A DNA stretch of 63,559 nucleotides, the filler included, from Dicyema japonicum (Eukaryota > Animalia > Dicyemida), in assembly GCA_011109175.1 (NCBI GenBank). It is 7 parts of 7 records of this genome, joined end to end, with 100 filler letters (N's around TTAATTAATTAA, not from the genome) between each part and the next. Parts side by side here need not be neighbours in the genome. Positions count along the whole stretch, not along the records: positions 24,109 to 28,723 come from RDEW01000307.1; positions 28,824 to 33,086 come from RDEW01000008.1; positions 33,187 to 54,336 come from RDEW01000049.1; 4 more parts are not named here. One strand, given 5' to 3'. This document shows, piece by piece, positions 24,607-36,960 of the stretch. Position numbers and translations under genes: made by a program. Every line of letters starts with the position of its first letter. The first letter of the stretch is position 1. The notes beneath the pieces were generated by a model. It was not told the DNA's origin and ran no database searches. It saw nothing but the letters and a program-made list of their open reading frames with translations.

Positions 24607-27599
24607 TTAATATTTTTATATAAGTTTAAAATGAAATATTTATTTTCAAAAGAAAAAAAGGAAAATGATTATAAATGTTAATAGAACACATATTCTACTA
24701 AATTGAATATATAGTCTGTCGGATCCATATTAAGTAATATTTGTTCTTGAACAAATCTCAATATATTCTCAGATAAAGCGATATATTTAGTTTTTCTAAG
24801 AATTTTTCTCCATTTTGTAATCTTAAGAATTAATCATTATGCCTTCTTCTTTTATCAATTTCTTTACAAAATTTCTTGGCGTCTTGTTTAGTGTCCCAAA
24901 TGTACTTCTTAAAACGTTGTGCCAGCCTCAATGGAGTTATTTGTCCGAGGTAAGTCCTCATATAATTATCCAGATTATTCCAATAATTAATTGGAAATCT
25001 TGGAATTAATCCATTTTCTTGATTTCCGATATAATTGATCAAGAAATATTGATATAATGGAGTTAGAATCCAGGAAAATCTGATCTCGACACTATCCAAT
25101 CAAAAGTGTTCTTTACAGTATGTGTAGGAATAAAGGAGAGGCATTTCAACAGTTTTACAAATCTATCGTTAATTTTAAATAATATTTAACCTATTTATTT
25201 CTTCATTATTTATGTCGTTGAAAATTCCTAATTCCAATATTTTTCATCAATATTTTGTCATATATGGAACATACAGCAATTTATCCGTGCATTTGGAAAT
25301 GACTTTTGAAAAGAGTTTATTGCTCTTTTTTCAAAATCTGAGACAATAACTCTTGGTTCTAAATCCGGAATGAGACGTTTAATTATTAGGAGCTTTTTGT
25401 CATATTCATTTTCAGTTTTTAATGTTAAAAGACAAAATATTATTGGAATTACATGGTGATTAAGTATCACCGATTTTGTGAATAACTGCTTCCAAGGAAG
25501 AGGGCAGACAGAAAAAGTCTCATCAGTAGACCATATTTTATGATTTTTAATGTCGTCATTTCAGAATTAAAAAAAATAACCATATTTGTCTCAACATCTG
25601 AAAAGTTAATAATTAATACACTAATATTTTGGCGAAAACTGTGTTCAAACTGATAGAATCTATGCCTTCGAAGGTATACATTAAATTTCCTCAATATTAA
25701 GAACTGAATCATCACTTTCGTGTGAGATATTTTATCTTGTTCTATTAATTAGTTGTTCCAGAGAAGAATGAGTCCCTATCAAAGCAATAGTAGTCAAATT
25801 TTGTCCAAGTAGAGAATTATTTAATATCTGTCTAGGACCATATCACATAAGAGTGATTTCTGCTTTATGTCCTCCGTATTAAGGCTCTCTTGACAAATTC
25901 ACTCCTTGGAAAATGATTATGTTGCTTCAGACTCCAAACTTCATCACAGGATTGAATAGTTTTTTACAGATCCAGGACAAGTACGATCTGAGCACCTCCA
26001 ATATGTGATATGTCCCTTCCTGTATTTTAAATGATAAAGATTTCCATCATGTTCTAAACTTCTATTTCCCTTTTGGTTAACAAGAAACGGCATGCAATAG
26101 TGAATCAATTAATTAATTAAATTATTCAAAAGTTTTATTATAATAAAAGAAATTAAAAGAGACAATAACTTATTAAATTTAGTTTTAATAAAAATAATTA
26201 ATTTTTATTCCAAAGTCAATTAGTATCTTAATATCATAGGTTTGGAGGACTTTGGTAAAATGTTCCACTACCCATAGGACCTTAAAATCAATTTTTATAA
26301 GATTTCAAAAGATGACTTTTTCACCTAAAGATGTCGAGGACCTTGGTAAAATGTTCCAATTACCCATAGGACCCCTTAAAATCAATTTTTATAAGATTTA
26401 AAAAAGATGACTTTTTTACCTAAAGATGTCGAGGACCTTGGTAAAATGTTCCACTTACCCATAGGACTTCTTAAAATCAATTTTTATAGATTTAAAAAAG
26501 ATGACTTTTTTACCTAAAGATGTNATGTCCTCCCGTATTAAGGCTCTCTTGACAAATTCACTCCTTGGAAGATGATTATGTTGCTTCAGACTCCAAACTT
26601 CATCACAGGATTGAATAGTTTTTACAGATCCAGGACAAGTACGATCTGAGCACCTCCAATATGTGATATGTCCCTTCCTGTATTTTAAATGATAAAGATT
26701 TCCATCATGTTCTAAACTTCTATTTCCCTTTTGGTTAACAAGAAACGGCATGCAATAGTGAATCAATTAATTAATTAAATTATTCAAAAGTTTTATTATA
26801 ATAAAAGAAATTAAAAGAGACAATAACTTATTAAATTTAGTTTTAATAAAAATAATTAATTTTTATTCCAAAGTCAATTAGTATCTTAAAATCATAGGGT
26901 TTGGAGGACTTTGGTAAAATGTTCCGCTCACCCATAGGATCCCTTAAAATCAATTTTTATAAGATTTAAAAAAGATGACTTTTTTACCTAAAGATGTCGA
27001 GGACCTTGGTAAAATGTTCCACTACCCATAGGACTTAAAATCAATTTTTATAAGATTTAAAAAAGATGACTTTTTTACCTAAAGATGTCGAGGACCTTGG
27101 TAAAATCAATTTTTATAAGATTTAAAAAGATGACTTTTTTACCTAAAGATGTCGAGGACCTTGGTAAAATGTTCCACTTACCCATAGGACTTCTTAAAAT
27201 CAATTTTTATAAGATTTAAAAAAGATGACTTTTTTACCTAAAGATGTCGAGGACCTTGGTAAAATGTTCCACTTACCCATAGGACTTCTTAAAATCAATT
27301 TTTATAAGATTTAAAAAAGATGACTTTTTTACCTAAAGATGTCGAGGACCTTGGTAAAATCAATTTTTATAAGATTTAAAAAAGATGACTTTTTTACCTA
27401 AAGATGTCGTTTCGCTAAAATCTCGTGATGTTTATTGATGAACTTATCCAAAACCTGAAAAAATTAATTGGAGGCCATTTTGAATGGAGGCCGTTTTGAA
27501 TGGAGGCCATTTTGAATGGAGGCCATTTTGAAAGAGGCCATTTTGAATGGACCAAATGAAATTTTGAAACCAGTGACGACATTAATCAAGATTTTTTAG

Positions 27600-27960
27600 T
27601 GGTCCTGTCCTGTATCCACTCGTGCCTCAGATCAGAGTAGATCAAATCGTTTTTAATGATGGTAAGTAGCCCACGTCTAAGTCGGTTTTTTTCTGATGAC
27701 GATGTATCCAGGAACGATTGGAGTTACACTTTTTGTAGAAAGTTTTGACTCCTGGATAAGGAAAAAAGTCGATCTTGTGTTTCGAAAAAAGAATTCTTAG
27801 TTCCAGGATTTTTGTTTTTATACCATTAGTGTTGAGTTGCATAATAAAAAGTGGTTTTGTCATGAGTTTTGTTAATGTCTCCAGAAAGCAAGAGTATCGA
27901 GAGGAGCAAGCGATTCCTCACATTTCGAGTTGAGTTATGCCACCCAAAAATACGATTTGG
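27600..27960 (-). mobile_element. 5'/endonuclease fragment of Ingi/Vingi-like LINE
   Basis: LLLSILLLSGDINK followed, after a frameshift, by KPLFIMQLNTNGIKTKILELRILFSKHKIDF; homologous to 57449-57200. Confidence 0.75.
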
Positions 27961-28823
27961 TTGGACGTGGAAGAGAAAATAGTTCTTTTCGACGTCTTTC
28001 AACACTGTCGCCTAAGGTGAACCACCTGACGCCATTTATCAATATTGATTGAATTAACCCTAGCTTGTTAGTAAAATATTTAAAATTTAGATTTCAAAAC
28101 TAATAAGTATTTTTGATGAATTGATGAGATTAGACATGTTGTCCTGCTTTTAAAGAAATATTCCTTTTTGATGTTCCCTTTATCGGTGTTATCTAATAAG
28201 ACATAGGTGTCTACATCACCTTAAAGTTATAATGGTCTATTAGTATACACCCACTTGCAAGCCAACTTTAGCTTTTTATTCCTGGTATATCCTGCACTGT
28301 GAAACTTGAGTGTTCTTGATATAATTTCCCAATCATTTTTTCAAATTTTTATAGTTTTCCAGATAACCTGAATTCCATATCTGCCGTTTAATCACCTGGA
28401 AAACTCAAATCAATGCTTCAAAAGATAATCCTTTAAATTTATAAGAACACCATCCTATTAACCTTCAGTCCAATTACTATTTTGTTTTTTATTTCTAATA
28501 AATTATTGATACTAAGTTTTAAGTCTTTTTTATTGGCAAACCAAGGTGTTTTTGATTCATACAATAAGTTTTACTTTTTATTAAAATTGATTAGTCAGAT
28601 TTATCAGCTTTGATTAGATTAAATAAAAAACTGATTTTTACACAATACGGAGATTCCGCTGGATTGAATGTCGTTACAAAATCACCACATATTTGAGAAC
28701 CCTGACTCTATGGATGAAATAAANNNNNNNNNNNNNNNNNNNNNNNNNNNNNNNNNNNNNNNNNNNNTTAATTAATTAANNNNNNNNNNNNNNNNNNNNN
28801 NNNNNNNNNNNNNNNNNNNNNNN

Positions 28824-29080
28824 ATCTTGAATCAGTAATTTCACATGATATTGGCTCAGTTCCTGTTCTCTTGTATAAGATTTCAAACTCTTTCGATATT
28901 TTTGTCTCTTGGAGACATCCGATTGATATCTTGTATTTTGAAAGGTCTTCACAAAGTTCTTTTCTTTTCCATGCACTAGAGTCCTTTGACATTGAACGTT
29001 AAAAGAGAGAAGTCATTTAGGTTGCATTATTCTTGTTTTTCAGACATACTTTTCAAGAGGGACGTCACCACCTCAACCTG
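28824..29080 (-). mobile_element. Internally deleted RTE derivative, copy 1 (3' part in gap)
   Basis: Nearly identical to 47838-48095, including the same endonuclease/C-terminus fusion junction. Confidence 0.85.
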
Positions 29081-30237
29081 TATATGATTATTAATCTGAC
29101 TGAAGAAATAACGAAAATAGTAAAATGAACGGTTGGTAACTCTTCTAACATAAGAAGTGTCTCGAGTATTTAACTATTTATAAAATATTGATGGTTTACC
29201 TTAAATCTAATTTTTGTGATTTTTTCTTAACTAAAATTATTAATAACTTCAGTTACGAGGAGAAAAAAGTTAACAGTTGACAACGAATTAAGTGTATCCA
29301 GTTCCCACTTTCACTATAACAGAGTCCTTTCAAAGTCACTCGATTATAAGGTAGAAGATGCCCATTCCTTAAGAACCCCTCCAGTGGAGAACCGAATATT
29401 CTAAATGTCGATTTCTATTTTTTCATACAAAGTTTATAAATTTGTATACAAAAAATATGACTAATATACGTGAAATTTTTATAATTTACTTATAAATACA
29501 ATTTCCCTAAATGATTATTAAACATAATAATGGACGAACGAGACACTCATGGACTCCCGATATTTAATTATCTTTACGGCAGAATCGAGTTTTACGAATC
29601 GAAATTAGAAGAAATTAATAACAGCTTAATGGATAATANTATTTTTTCATAGAAAGTTTAGAATTTTGTATACAAAAAATTATGACTATTATATGTGAAA
29701 TTTTATAATTTAATTATAAATACAAATTTCTTAAATGATTATTAAACATAAAAATGGACGAACGAGACACTCATGGACTCCCGATATTTAATTATCTTAA
29801 CGGCACAATCGAGTTTTACGAATCAAAATTAGAAGAAATTAATAACAGCTTAATGGATAATCTTCGCGAACTCTCAGCTGAAGATCCACCGTCGATTGAT
29901 TCTACCATAGAAAATACTCAAGCAGAATCTGATTCTTTATTAATTCAGGCTTTAGCTGAACGGTCATCGCAAATCCCTGTTATTCAGGATCTACTTTTGG
30001 GATTTTGGTCATTTAACTATAGGAACATGAATGTGTTACTGAAGTACTTGTTGAATTGAGAAATCTAGGGAGATGCCTCAATATTTTCTTTAATTAATAA
30101 TATTTGCTATTTTTTAGGGGTTTAATTTAATAAACTAAATTTCATTTTTCATTATTACCACCGGCAACGGAGATCAATTAGGGAAGTCACTGTGTTTCAC
30201 GACACGTGGCTTCTGATTTATAAAGAAGTCTAGTCTT

Positions 30238-31760
30238 TTGAAAAAAGTCAGTTATTCTCTGTTTTACCTCCAATTTTTACTACACAATTGTGGGGAACGT
30301 GGACCGATCAAGGATCTTTTCATAGTTCTTCTATCTATACTTCTCGTATTTTTAGATTTAAAAATGTTTTGCTTAAATAAAGTNGTCTCCCAGGAAAGTT
30401 CCTACCAATTTTGCCTTCTTCACGAATCGTCGGAACGTCTTTCTGATCGGCATAGAGATGTAAATTCGGTTTTTTCTATGTTCACTCGTAAGGGAGACAG
30501 AGAGTCCCCTCGAGGTACTCCCCAGGTTGTGCAAAAAATATCTTGATGTAGTTTTTCCGATTCTTACAGCAAGTTGTGTATTCTTGAGCAACATATTTAT
30601 TATTTTTGTTTCATCTGTGTGGAGGAAACAGTTTAATACTTCCATGAGCATGCCTCTGTATATGGAGTCAAAGGCTCGAGTCATGTCGACCTTAAGGATC
30701 TCAATTCATTTTATATATTTTTGACATAAGTCAACAACCTATCTATATGGGCATATTATATGTAGGTCCTTTTGTTTTTCTGGCTTCGGTAAAGGAATTA
30801 ACCACCCCCTACCAATAGCTAGTTCGTGGTCTTCTTCAAGAGTTTTATTTAGTGTTTGTTTGATGACTTCTGGTTGCTCGATAGGCCCAAATTTAAATAA
30901 CTTCGCAGGGATGTTATCTGGTTCGGGAGCCCTTTTAAAGTTTAGCTTCTTAGTAGCGTCGAGTGTTTACACCAATAGGATGATACAACAGGGTGCTTCG
31001 AGCTTTATTTTTGATTTCATTTTCTTTGTTAAAGATCTGATGAAAATAGTCAGAGATAATCATGGTTTTTTCGGCGTCACTGACAACTGTTCTCTCAGGT
31101 TTGTCATGCACGGTAATGTAATTCATCCATTTTATCTATTTATTAGTCGGACTGCTTTAAACTGTGTCCCGTCTATATACTTTACTCTTTCGGCCATTGG
31201 TTCTTCAATTTTCTAATTTGCGTTTTTGTAATTTCGTGATTTTTCTTTATATTTTTCCACGGAGTGTACTTGGTTCTCTGTTTTTATTTGCCGTTTTTGT
31301 TTGTTTATTTCGATTTTCAGTTTATTTCTGTTCAGCCGAAAGTACAGCAATCTCCCAAGATAGAAAATGACGTTTTACTCATTCCAAAGATAGTCTCTTC
31401 CATATGGTGTTTGCTGACTACTTTTTGTCAACCAGAGTAATCTCTAATCTAAGGTCTTCGTTGAACTCTAGTCTCTTTGATTTGTCATAATCTAGTTTTT
31501 CTGTATCAATTATTTTTGTGTCCCTTGTTCGGTGTTAACCAACTGTCCTATCAATCTCTTCAAAACAGTCCGAGCCACAACTAATTTATGGTCAATACTT
31601 GATACAAGACCGTCGTAGGACCTGGCGTCGGACAATATGTGTTTCACATTTCTTTTATATAGGATGTAATAATTTGGTTGTAAATGTGGTGAATGTTTCC
31701 ATTTTTATTTTTTCTTGAGCCAGTCAGTAGTCTTGTGCCTAGATCGGTAGTCGAAGGCAG
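30238..31760 (-). mobile_element. RTE-like LINE remnant (APE C-terminus plus RT)
   Basis: LSDARSYDGLVSSIDHKLVVAR; KRAPEPDNIPAKLFKFG; GWLIPLPKP; MTRAFDSIYRG; GVPQGDSLSP. Multiple frameshifts. Confidence 0.8.
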
Positions 31761-32369
31761 TATTCGTTATGAACAGGTCTAAAGCCAGGTAGTATTGGAT
31801 TAGCGACTCTCCAGAGAATTTTCGGTGATTTTTCCCATGCAACCCGATGCAGGTCTAACTTATTGGACTTTCTCCACTCTCGCATTCAAATCGTCAGCAA
31901 TAAGGGTTAAACATGACGTCGATAGAGAGTTTTATGTCGCGAAAAATACATTTGTGCAAAATAGGCACGTCACCATTTCAACCAAAAAAAATTTTAATGT
32001 ATTTTTTAAATTCCAAAAACTACTGTTAAACCAAAAAACTAATATAAGTGATCCCGACGAATTGGATCAAGGCTCTCATCTTTGCTCAGTGTTGATACCT
32101 AGATCCTACACAAGTTCGTTGCGGGCGAGCACTTCCTTTTTAGCATTGGTGTCCATTTTCGTTTTTTTCGATTAGTTTCTCTATGGGCGGCAGTGATTTA
32201 ATGTTTTCCTTTGTATACCATCTCTCAGTTAGTTTGAAGGCCCTTTTCTGGGTTGCGGAGATTTTCTGGATGTTCGTATAAGAGGCCAGTGGTCCCCAAT
32301 GAAATACACGAATATGAAATGCATGGTCGATGTACCGTGAGTTGAGCGTTTTTAGTATACGATGATGTC

Positions 32370-33087
32370 CATTATTATTATTATTTAAGCCAAATAAACA
32401 CCGTCTTTACCACTAACTATTATTCAAGTGATCCCGGCATCTCTCAATAATTGGGCCATTTTTTCTCGATGCTCCGACCGTGATCCCACACTTTTTCTAT
32501 ACGGACGGGGGTCGTTTCCCCCCTCTTCTGAAATTGCCTCCAGTTGCCTCTATGATAGACTCGAGTGTTCTGGGGGCAATTTCTTTATCTGTATATTTTT
32601 CCAGTAATTTTATTGCTCTTGACTAGATCTCTTGAATTTTTGTTAGGTTCGTTGCCGACAGGTTAGATCCCCATGGAACACATGCATAGCCTATTGTTGG
32701 CTCGACATACTGCTTGTAGAGGGTCCCGATACCTGGCGGATAAATTCCTCCACAGTTCCAAAGGAAGGCTTTGACAAAATTGATCTTCTTTGCACAGGTT
32801 GATATGAAAGATTCCACATGGGCTGAAAAACAGAGGAAAGTATCAAAAGTTACTCACAGTATCTTCTGCGATTTCTTTTGTGGTATAGGCACTCCATTTA
32901 ACGTGACATCAATTGTTTGCGTTCCCATCTTTCTATTCTTAGTAAATAGAGTGACTGCTGACTTTTTGGAACATGCATTTAATCGATTTTCGCACAACCA
33001 TCCATATATGTTATTTAGTATTCCTTGTAATCTTTCTTGAGCATGTTCGACATTTACGTCCCTAGATGCGACAACTATGTCATCGGN
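32370..33087 (-). mobile_element. 3' part of Ingi/Vingi-like LINE with (TAA)n tail
   Basis: LYKQYVEPTIGYACVPWGSNLS...RKSVGSRSEHREKMAQLLRDAGIT*; tail at ~32373-32387. Confidence 0.85.
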
Positions 33088-33879
33088 NNNNNNNNNNNNN
33101 NNNNNNNNNNNNNNNNNNNNNNNNNNNNNNTTAATTAATTAANNNNNNNNNNNNNNNNNNNNNNNNNNNNNNNNNNNNNNNNNNNNTGAAGAGTTCTCTT
33201 AATGAAACACCTCATCCTCTCTGACTAAGTCCCTGGTTACGACCTTCTTGATATCCTCTTTAAAGCTCCTGCTTGTNTCGGTCAAACAGCACATCTTATT
33301 TCACATGGTCATCTCAAACGTTATGTTACATGTTGATTTGGAAATCACGATACCCAGTTCCGAATGTATAGGGAATTAAACATCAAGGAACTCAGACTGG
33401 ATAATATACAGACTTAGGGGACAACTTTATTCGAGTCTATGATGAAGAGTTTTCTTAATGAAACACCTCATCCTCTCTGACTAAGTCACTGGTTACGACC
33501 TTCTTGATATCCTCTTTAAAGCTCCTGCTTGTTCTCTACAATTTCTGGTTTCACGCTCTCAAATTCTTACATTATAACATAATGAAGAGGACCAGTGTAA
33601 TCCATTGAAAACAGTGAAAGTTTATAATCTTTTAAGTAATTTGGACAAAATATTTTCAATTGGACCCTGCAAATACAAAAAATCCTGATTTCCCATGGCA
33701 ATTTACTTATTTTCACATTAGAGACCTCTCGTTTAAGACATGGACCAATTCATCCACCACTCCTATTTTGCATTTTCCCATCATTCTGACATCCTAAAAT
33801 TCGAGTCTTTAAAAAGAAAGAAGTTGAAGTACTCAACTCTCAGATATCGTCTCTGTTTTCTCACAATCACCTGGGAAAC

Positions 33880-34100
33880 CTCTGAAGTGGTAGGGAATTG
33901 GTAAAGGAATCATCAATGAAATTGGGAATGCAACTGTGGCACGACTCAGAGACCTCCCTCAACACCCCGTCGCTTGTTGGAGAAGTGTTGGAAGGTCTCC
34001 CAGACAGAAGGCCGTGAACGAAGTCGTCAGGCGAAATATAGATGCAACCGGTTATCCGTCTATGCTCGAAATTGTCGGCTTATGAAGGAGTGGTAGAAAT
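33880..34100 (+). mobile_element. CRE-like restriction-like endonuclease fragment
   Basis: QHPVACWRSVGRSPRQKAVNEVVRRNIDATGYPSMLEIVGL. Confidence 0.65.
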
Positions 34101-34399
34101 TGGCCATACGGGGGTTATAATTTTTTTAGAAATAATTTTTACTTTTATATAATTAATTTTTGAAAATTGTAACATATTTAAAAATTTATCCATACAAAGC
34201 AGCACAATTTCCTAATATGTAGGAAGACAATTTGTGCTGTTCAAAAAGTATTGGTTTTATGATAATTTGTGTTGAAAGTTAGAGTTTCGACTGGGAGAAA
34301 GTCATCTAATAACGCTGAAGCTGAAATTTCACAAAAAATGTCATTTGAAAAATAATTGAATTCAAATTAACAGTCAAGATAAACAAAAAATAAAATGAC

Positions 34400-35280
34400 G
34401 ATACTCACATAGCGTTGGGTGCGCGTTCATGAAGGTAACTCATTGCATTTTCAGTGCCTGCAAGCCAATATGGAATCCTTTGTAATTTCATTGAGATTTA
34501 ATAAAACATATAACTCTCACAAAATGAATTCTTTAAATCACGAAACAGGATCATGATTTTTCCCCGGTGCTGTTATTACCGATGTGGAACAGTTAATTGT
34601 ATTGAGCTCCCCCATTTCCAAAGAGAATATCCTTCGTATTCATAATATAAAATATTCTGAGATTAGTGGTGACACCGTTAATCTACTCTAACTTGATCTA
34701 CATACTGCGTTTTTTCTATTGAAGAATTATCTTTTCCTTCCAAAGGCTCATGTTTTTGGCACGTTCCTCGCATTACTACTTCTATCAGGAAAGTCTGGAG
34801 AATTTCAACATTCTTATCTCCAAGACTATTGAATAAATTGTGAATATTAATTTCGATAAAATTGTTTTGAAGCAAACTTTATAGCCATTAGACTTCTGTG
34901 GGCATCGGCCTAACTCCTGTTGGAGACATTTCCTTCGGTTCCCAAGGCATGCAGCCATTAACGGGGTTGTGACCGCTTTCTTGAGGCGGCTGGATTCCCG
35001 TCCTCTCTGGAACCGGTGAGCCTGGATCATGGTGGTGAAAAGCGCCCAGACCGAGTAACTGTTTTACCCTCCTCTCTAGAGAAATGCTTGATTCGGGATG
35101 GGGCTTGTACCGACACTTTTCCCAGTCGAGACTTTCTGGTTCCGCGTTGAAAGATTGGGAGGCGACTCGAACGGCTGCTTTCAAGTTAAAGAAATACGAC
35201 AGCCTCTCTTCAAGATTCCACGTTCAGCCCATCTGTCTGTGCTTGTTTTGACATCCCCTTGTTTATCCGGGATCACTTAG
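34400..35280 (+). mobile_element. CRE-like element remnant with restriction-like endonuclease
   Basis: GHRPNSCWRHFLRFPRHAAINGV...AAGFPSSLEPVSLDHGGEKRPDRVTV...DGACTDTF, KYDSLSSRF. The 5' part is homologous to 3680-3750. Confidence 0.8.
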
Positions 35281-35569
35281 TTATCTGTGAGATTCTTTCT
35301 CTTTTAATTTAGTGATCTCTCAGGTTTCGGCTGATAGGTCATGAAGATGAATTTTTCTATGTATATCCAGTCTAGCCTCGAAACCCAAACTGTGGGGAAA
35401 ACCTCTTTTTCCAAGAGATTTTATCATTTTAAAAGTAATAATGAAATTTTTTGATATAATAATCGCACAAGTGAGGAAATTAATAACGAATTATTAACTT
35501 AGTTTAATTACAAAAAATTAAGTAAAAGTAATTATTTTATAACGCCCGTATAACTCAATCTTCTCTTCT

Positions 35570-36060
35570 TGGGGCCAACCTCTATTGCCTGTATAGGTGT
35601 GTTCACGTCGCTGCATATTCCACATACAGAGACTACCCTAGGTTGACATTCTGTGCCGTCTTCCTCATCACCAGGCATCGATACTCCACGCCTCTCCTTA
35701 GCTTACATACTTTCCAAAGTCTTCCGTAACACTAGCGTTTGTATATAAGCTTTGACCGACTCTTCCACCTTGAGGGCATCCAGGTGGCCCCTGAAAAACT
35801 TATGAGACAGTTCCATACCATGCGATCACCACAGGGATTATTTTCACTTTAGCGAGATGAATAATCTCAATTCTATTCGCCAGTAGGTCATACTTGGACC
35901 TGCTTGAGGCAGTTTAGCGAAATGATCCCAGTTTCAACAAGAGTAATCATATTTTTTGTCTTATCATACACAAAAATGTTGAGTTTGTTATTCGTTACAA
36001 CTGCTCCGTACTGATTCTCGTTTCTACACGAATCTCCACAAATAAATATGCGACAACAGA
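35570..36060 (-). mobile_element. R4/Dong-like element 3' end (restriction-like endonuclease)
   Basis: NNKLNIFVYDKTKNMITLVETGI...KYDLLANR...KIIPVVIAWYG...AYIQTLVLRKTLESM. Confidence 0.8.
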
Positions 36061-36329
36061 TTGTACTGAATAGGTCTTTAGTTTCTTAGTTTTTCTTATT
36101 TCATATTATTTTTGTAAATAAATTAATTATTAATAAAAAATTTTAAGCTTTTTAAATCTCAAGTAATCTTGCAATTCTTAATTTTGAAATAATTTAATAT
36201 AATATCCAAAGCCTTCAAGGCTATGCACGGTCAGTTGATAAAAAAAGCAGAAAACTTTCGATCAAATTTAATGGTCAAGAAAATATTTTAAATTGTGACA
36301 AAACTGCAACATTTTTATAAATCATTTTC

Positions 36330-36960
36330 GAAAAAAGTGAATCATCCAACGAACATAAGAAAAGAACGTCTTTCGTGTTTTTTGTGTTGCAGCTACACAT
36401 GGAAAGAATATAAACCACTAGGACGGTCATAGTCGCCAAGACTACTAAATCTAAAAGCCATTGGCATTGAATATGACGTTTATACAAAGATTTGATAACA
36501 AAAAGTATTTGTGAAAATACCTATGTCGTATTATGAAGAAAAGACGCAAATAGCACTACTAATGGATAATACAACTTATATACTACTATACAATATTCAA
36601 ATATCGACATAATATTTTTCCACAAAATATAACTTATTTAATACAGCCACGTGATCAAGGGATGATAAAAGCTTTATAGTCATTTATTGATGATGAAAAC
36701 ACTTATGGTAAAAATCCTGTAGCTCAGATAGAACAGCCACGTGATCAAGGGATGATAAAAGCTTTATAGTCATTTATTGATGATGAAAACACTTATGGTA
36801 AAAATCCTGTAGCTCAGATAGAAGAAACTATAAAAAGATCACAATATGCAATATCACTTTCAAAATTGGCATAAGACGAAACAAATAAATCAGCAATACG
36901 AAATCGCTTCAAAAGGCCTTGGCGTGATGATCATTGCAGTGATTAAGATAACAGCGAGAC
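36330..36960 (+). mobile_element. pogo/Tigger DDE transposase remnant
   Basis: Frameshifted pieces ALLMDN and ITYLIQPRDQGMIKAL match the DDE_1 D-N...I-Q-P-x-D-Q-G-I-I motif. Confidence 0.65.

Larger units (their letters stand above)
24109..27553 (-). mobile_element. Mutator-superfamily (Phantom/Foldback-like) transposon with long tandem-repeat TIRs and FLYWCH+MULE transposase remnant
   Basis: Ends are inverted copies of each other (GGTTCCCATTCAAAATGG at 24109; ...CATTTTGAATGGACC ending 27553). FLYWCH: NQKGNRSLEHDGNLYHLK...YWRCSDRTCPGSVKT...HNH. MULE: WSTDETFSVCP...VIPIIFCLL...VSDFEKRAINSFQKSFPNARINCCMFH; RFPINYWN. Confidence 0.88.

Noticed and set aside
24109-27553. Regular short repeat arrays suggestive of CRISPR
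   Set aside because: Units are head-to-tail with no unique spacers, are mirrored as TIRs around a MULE transposase, and lie in a eukaryotic context with no cas genes.
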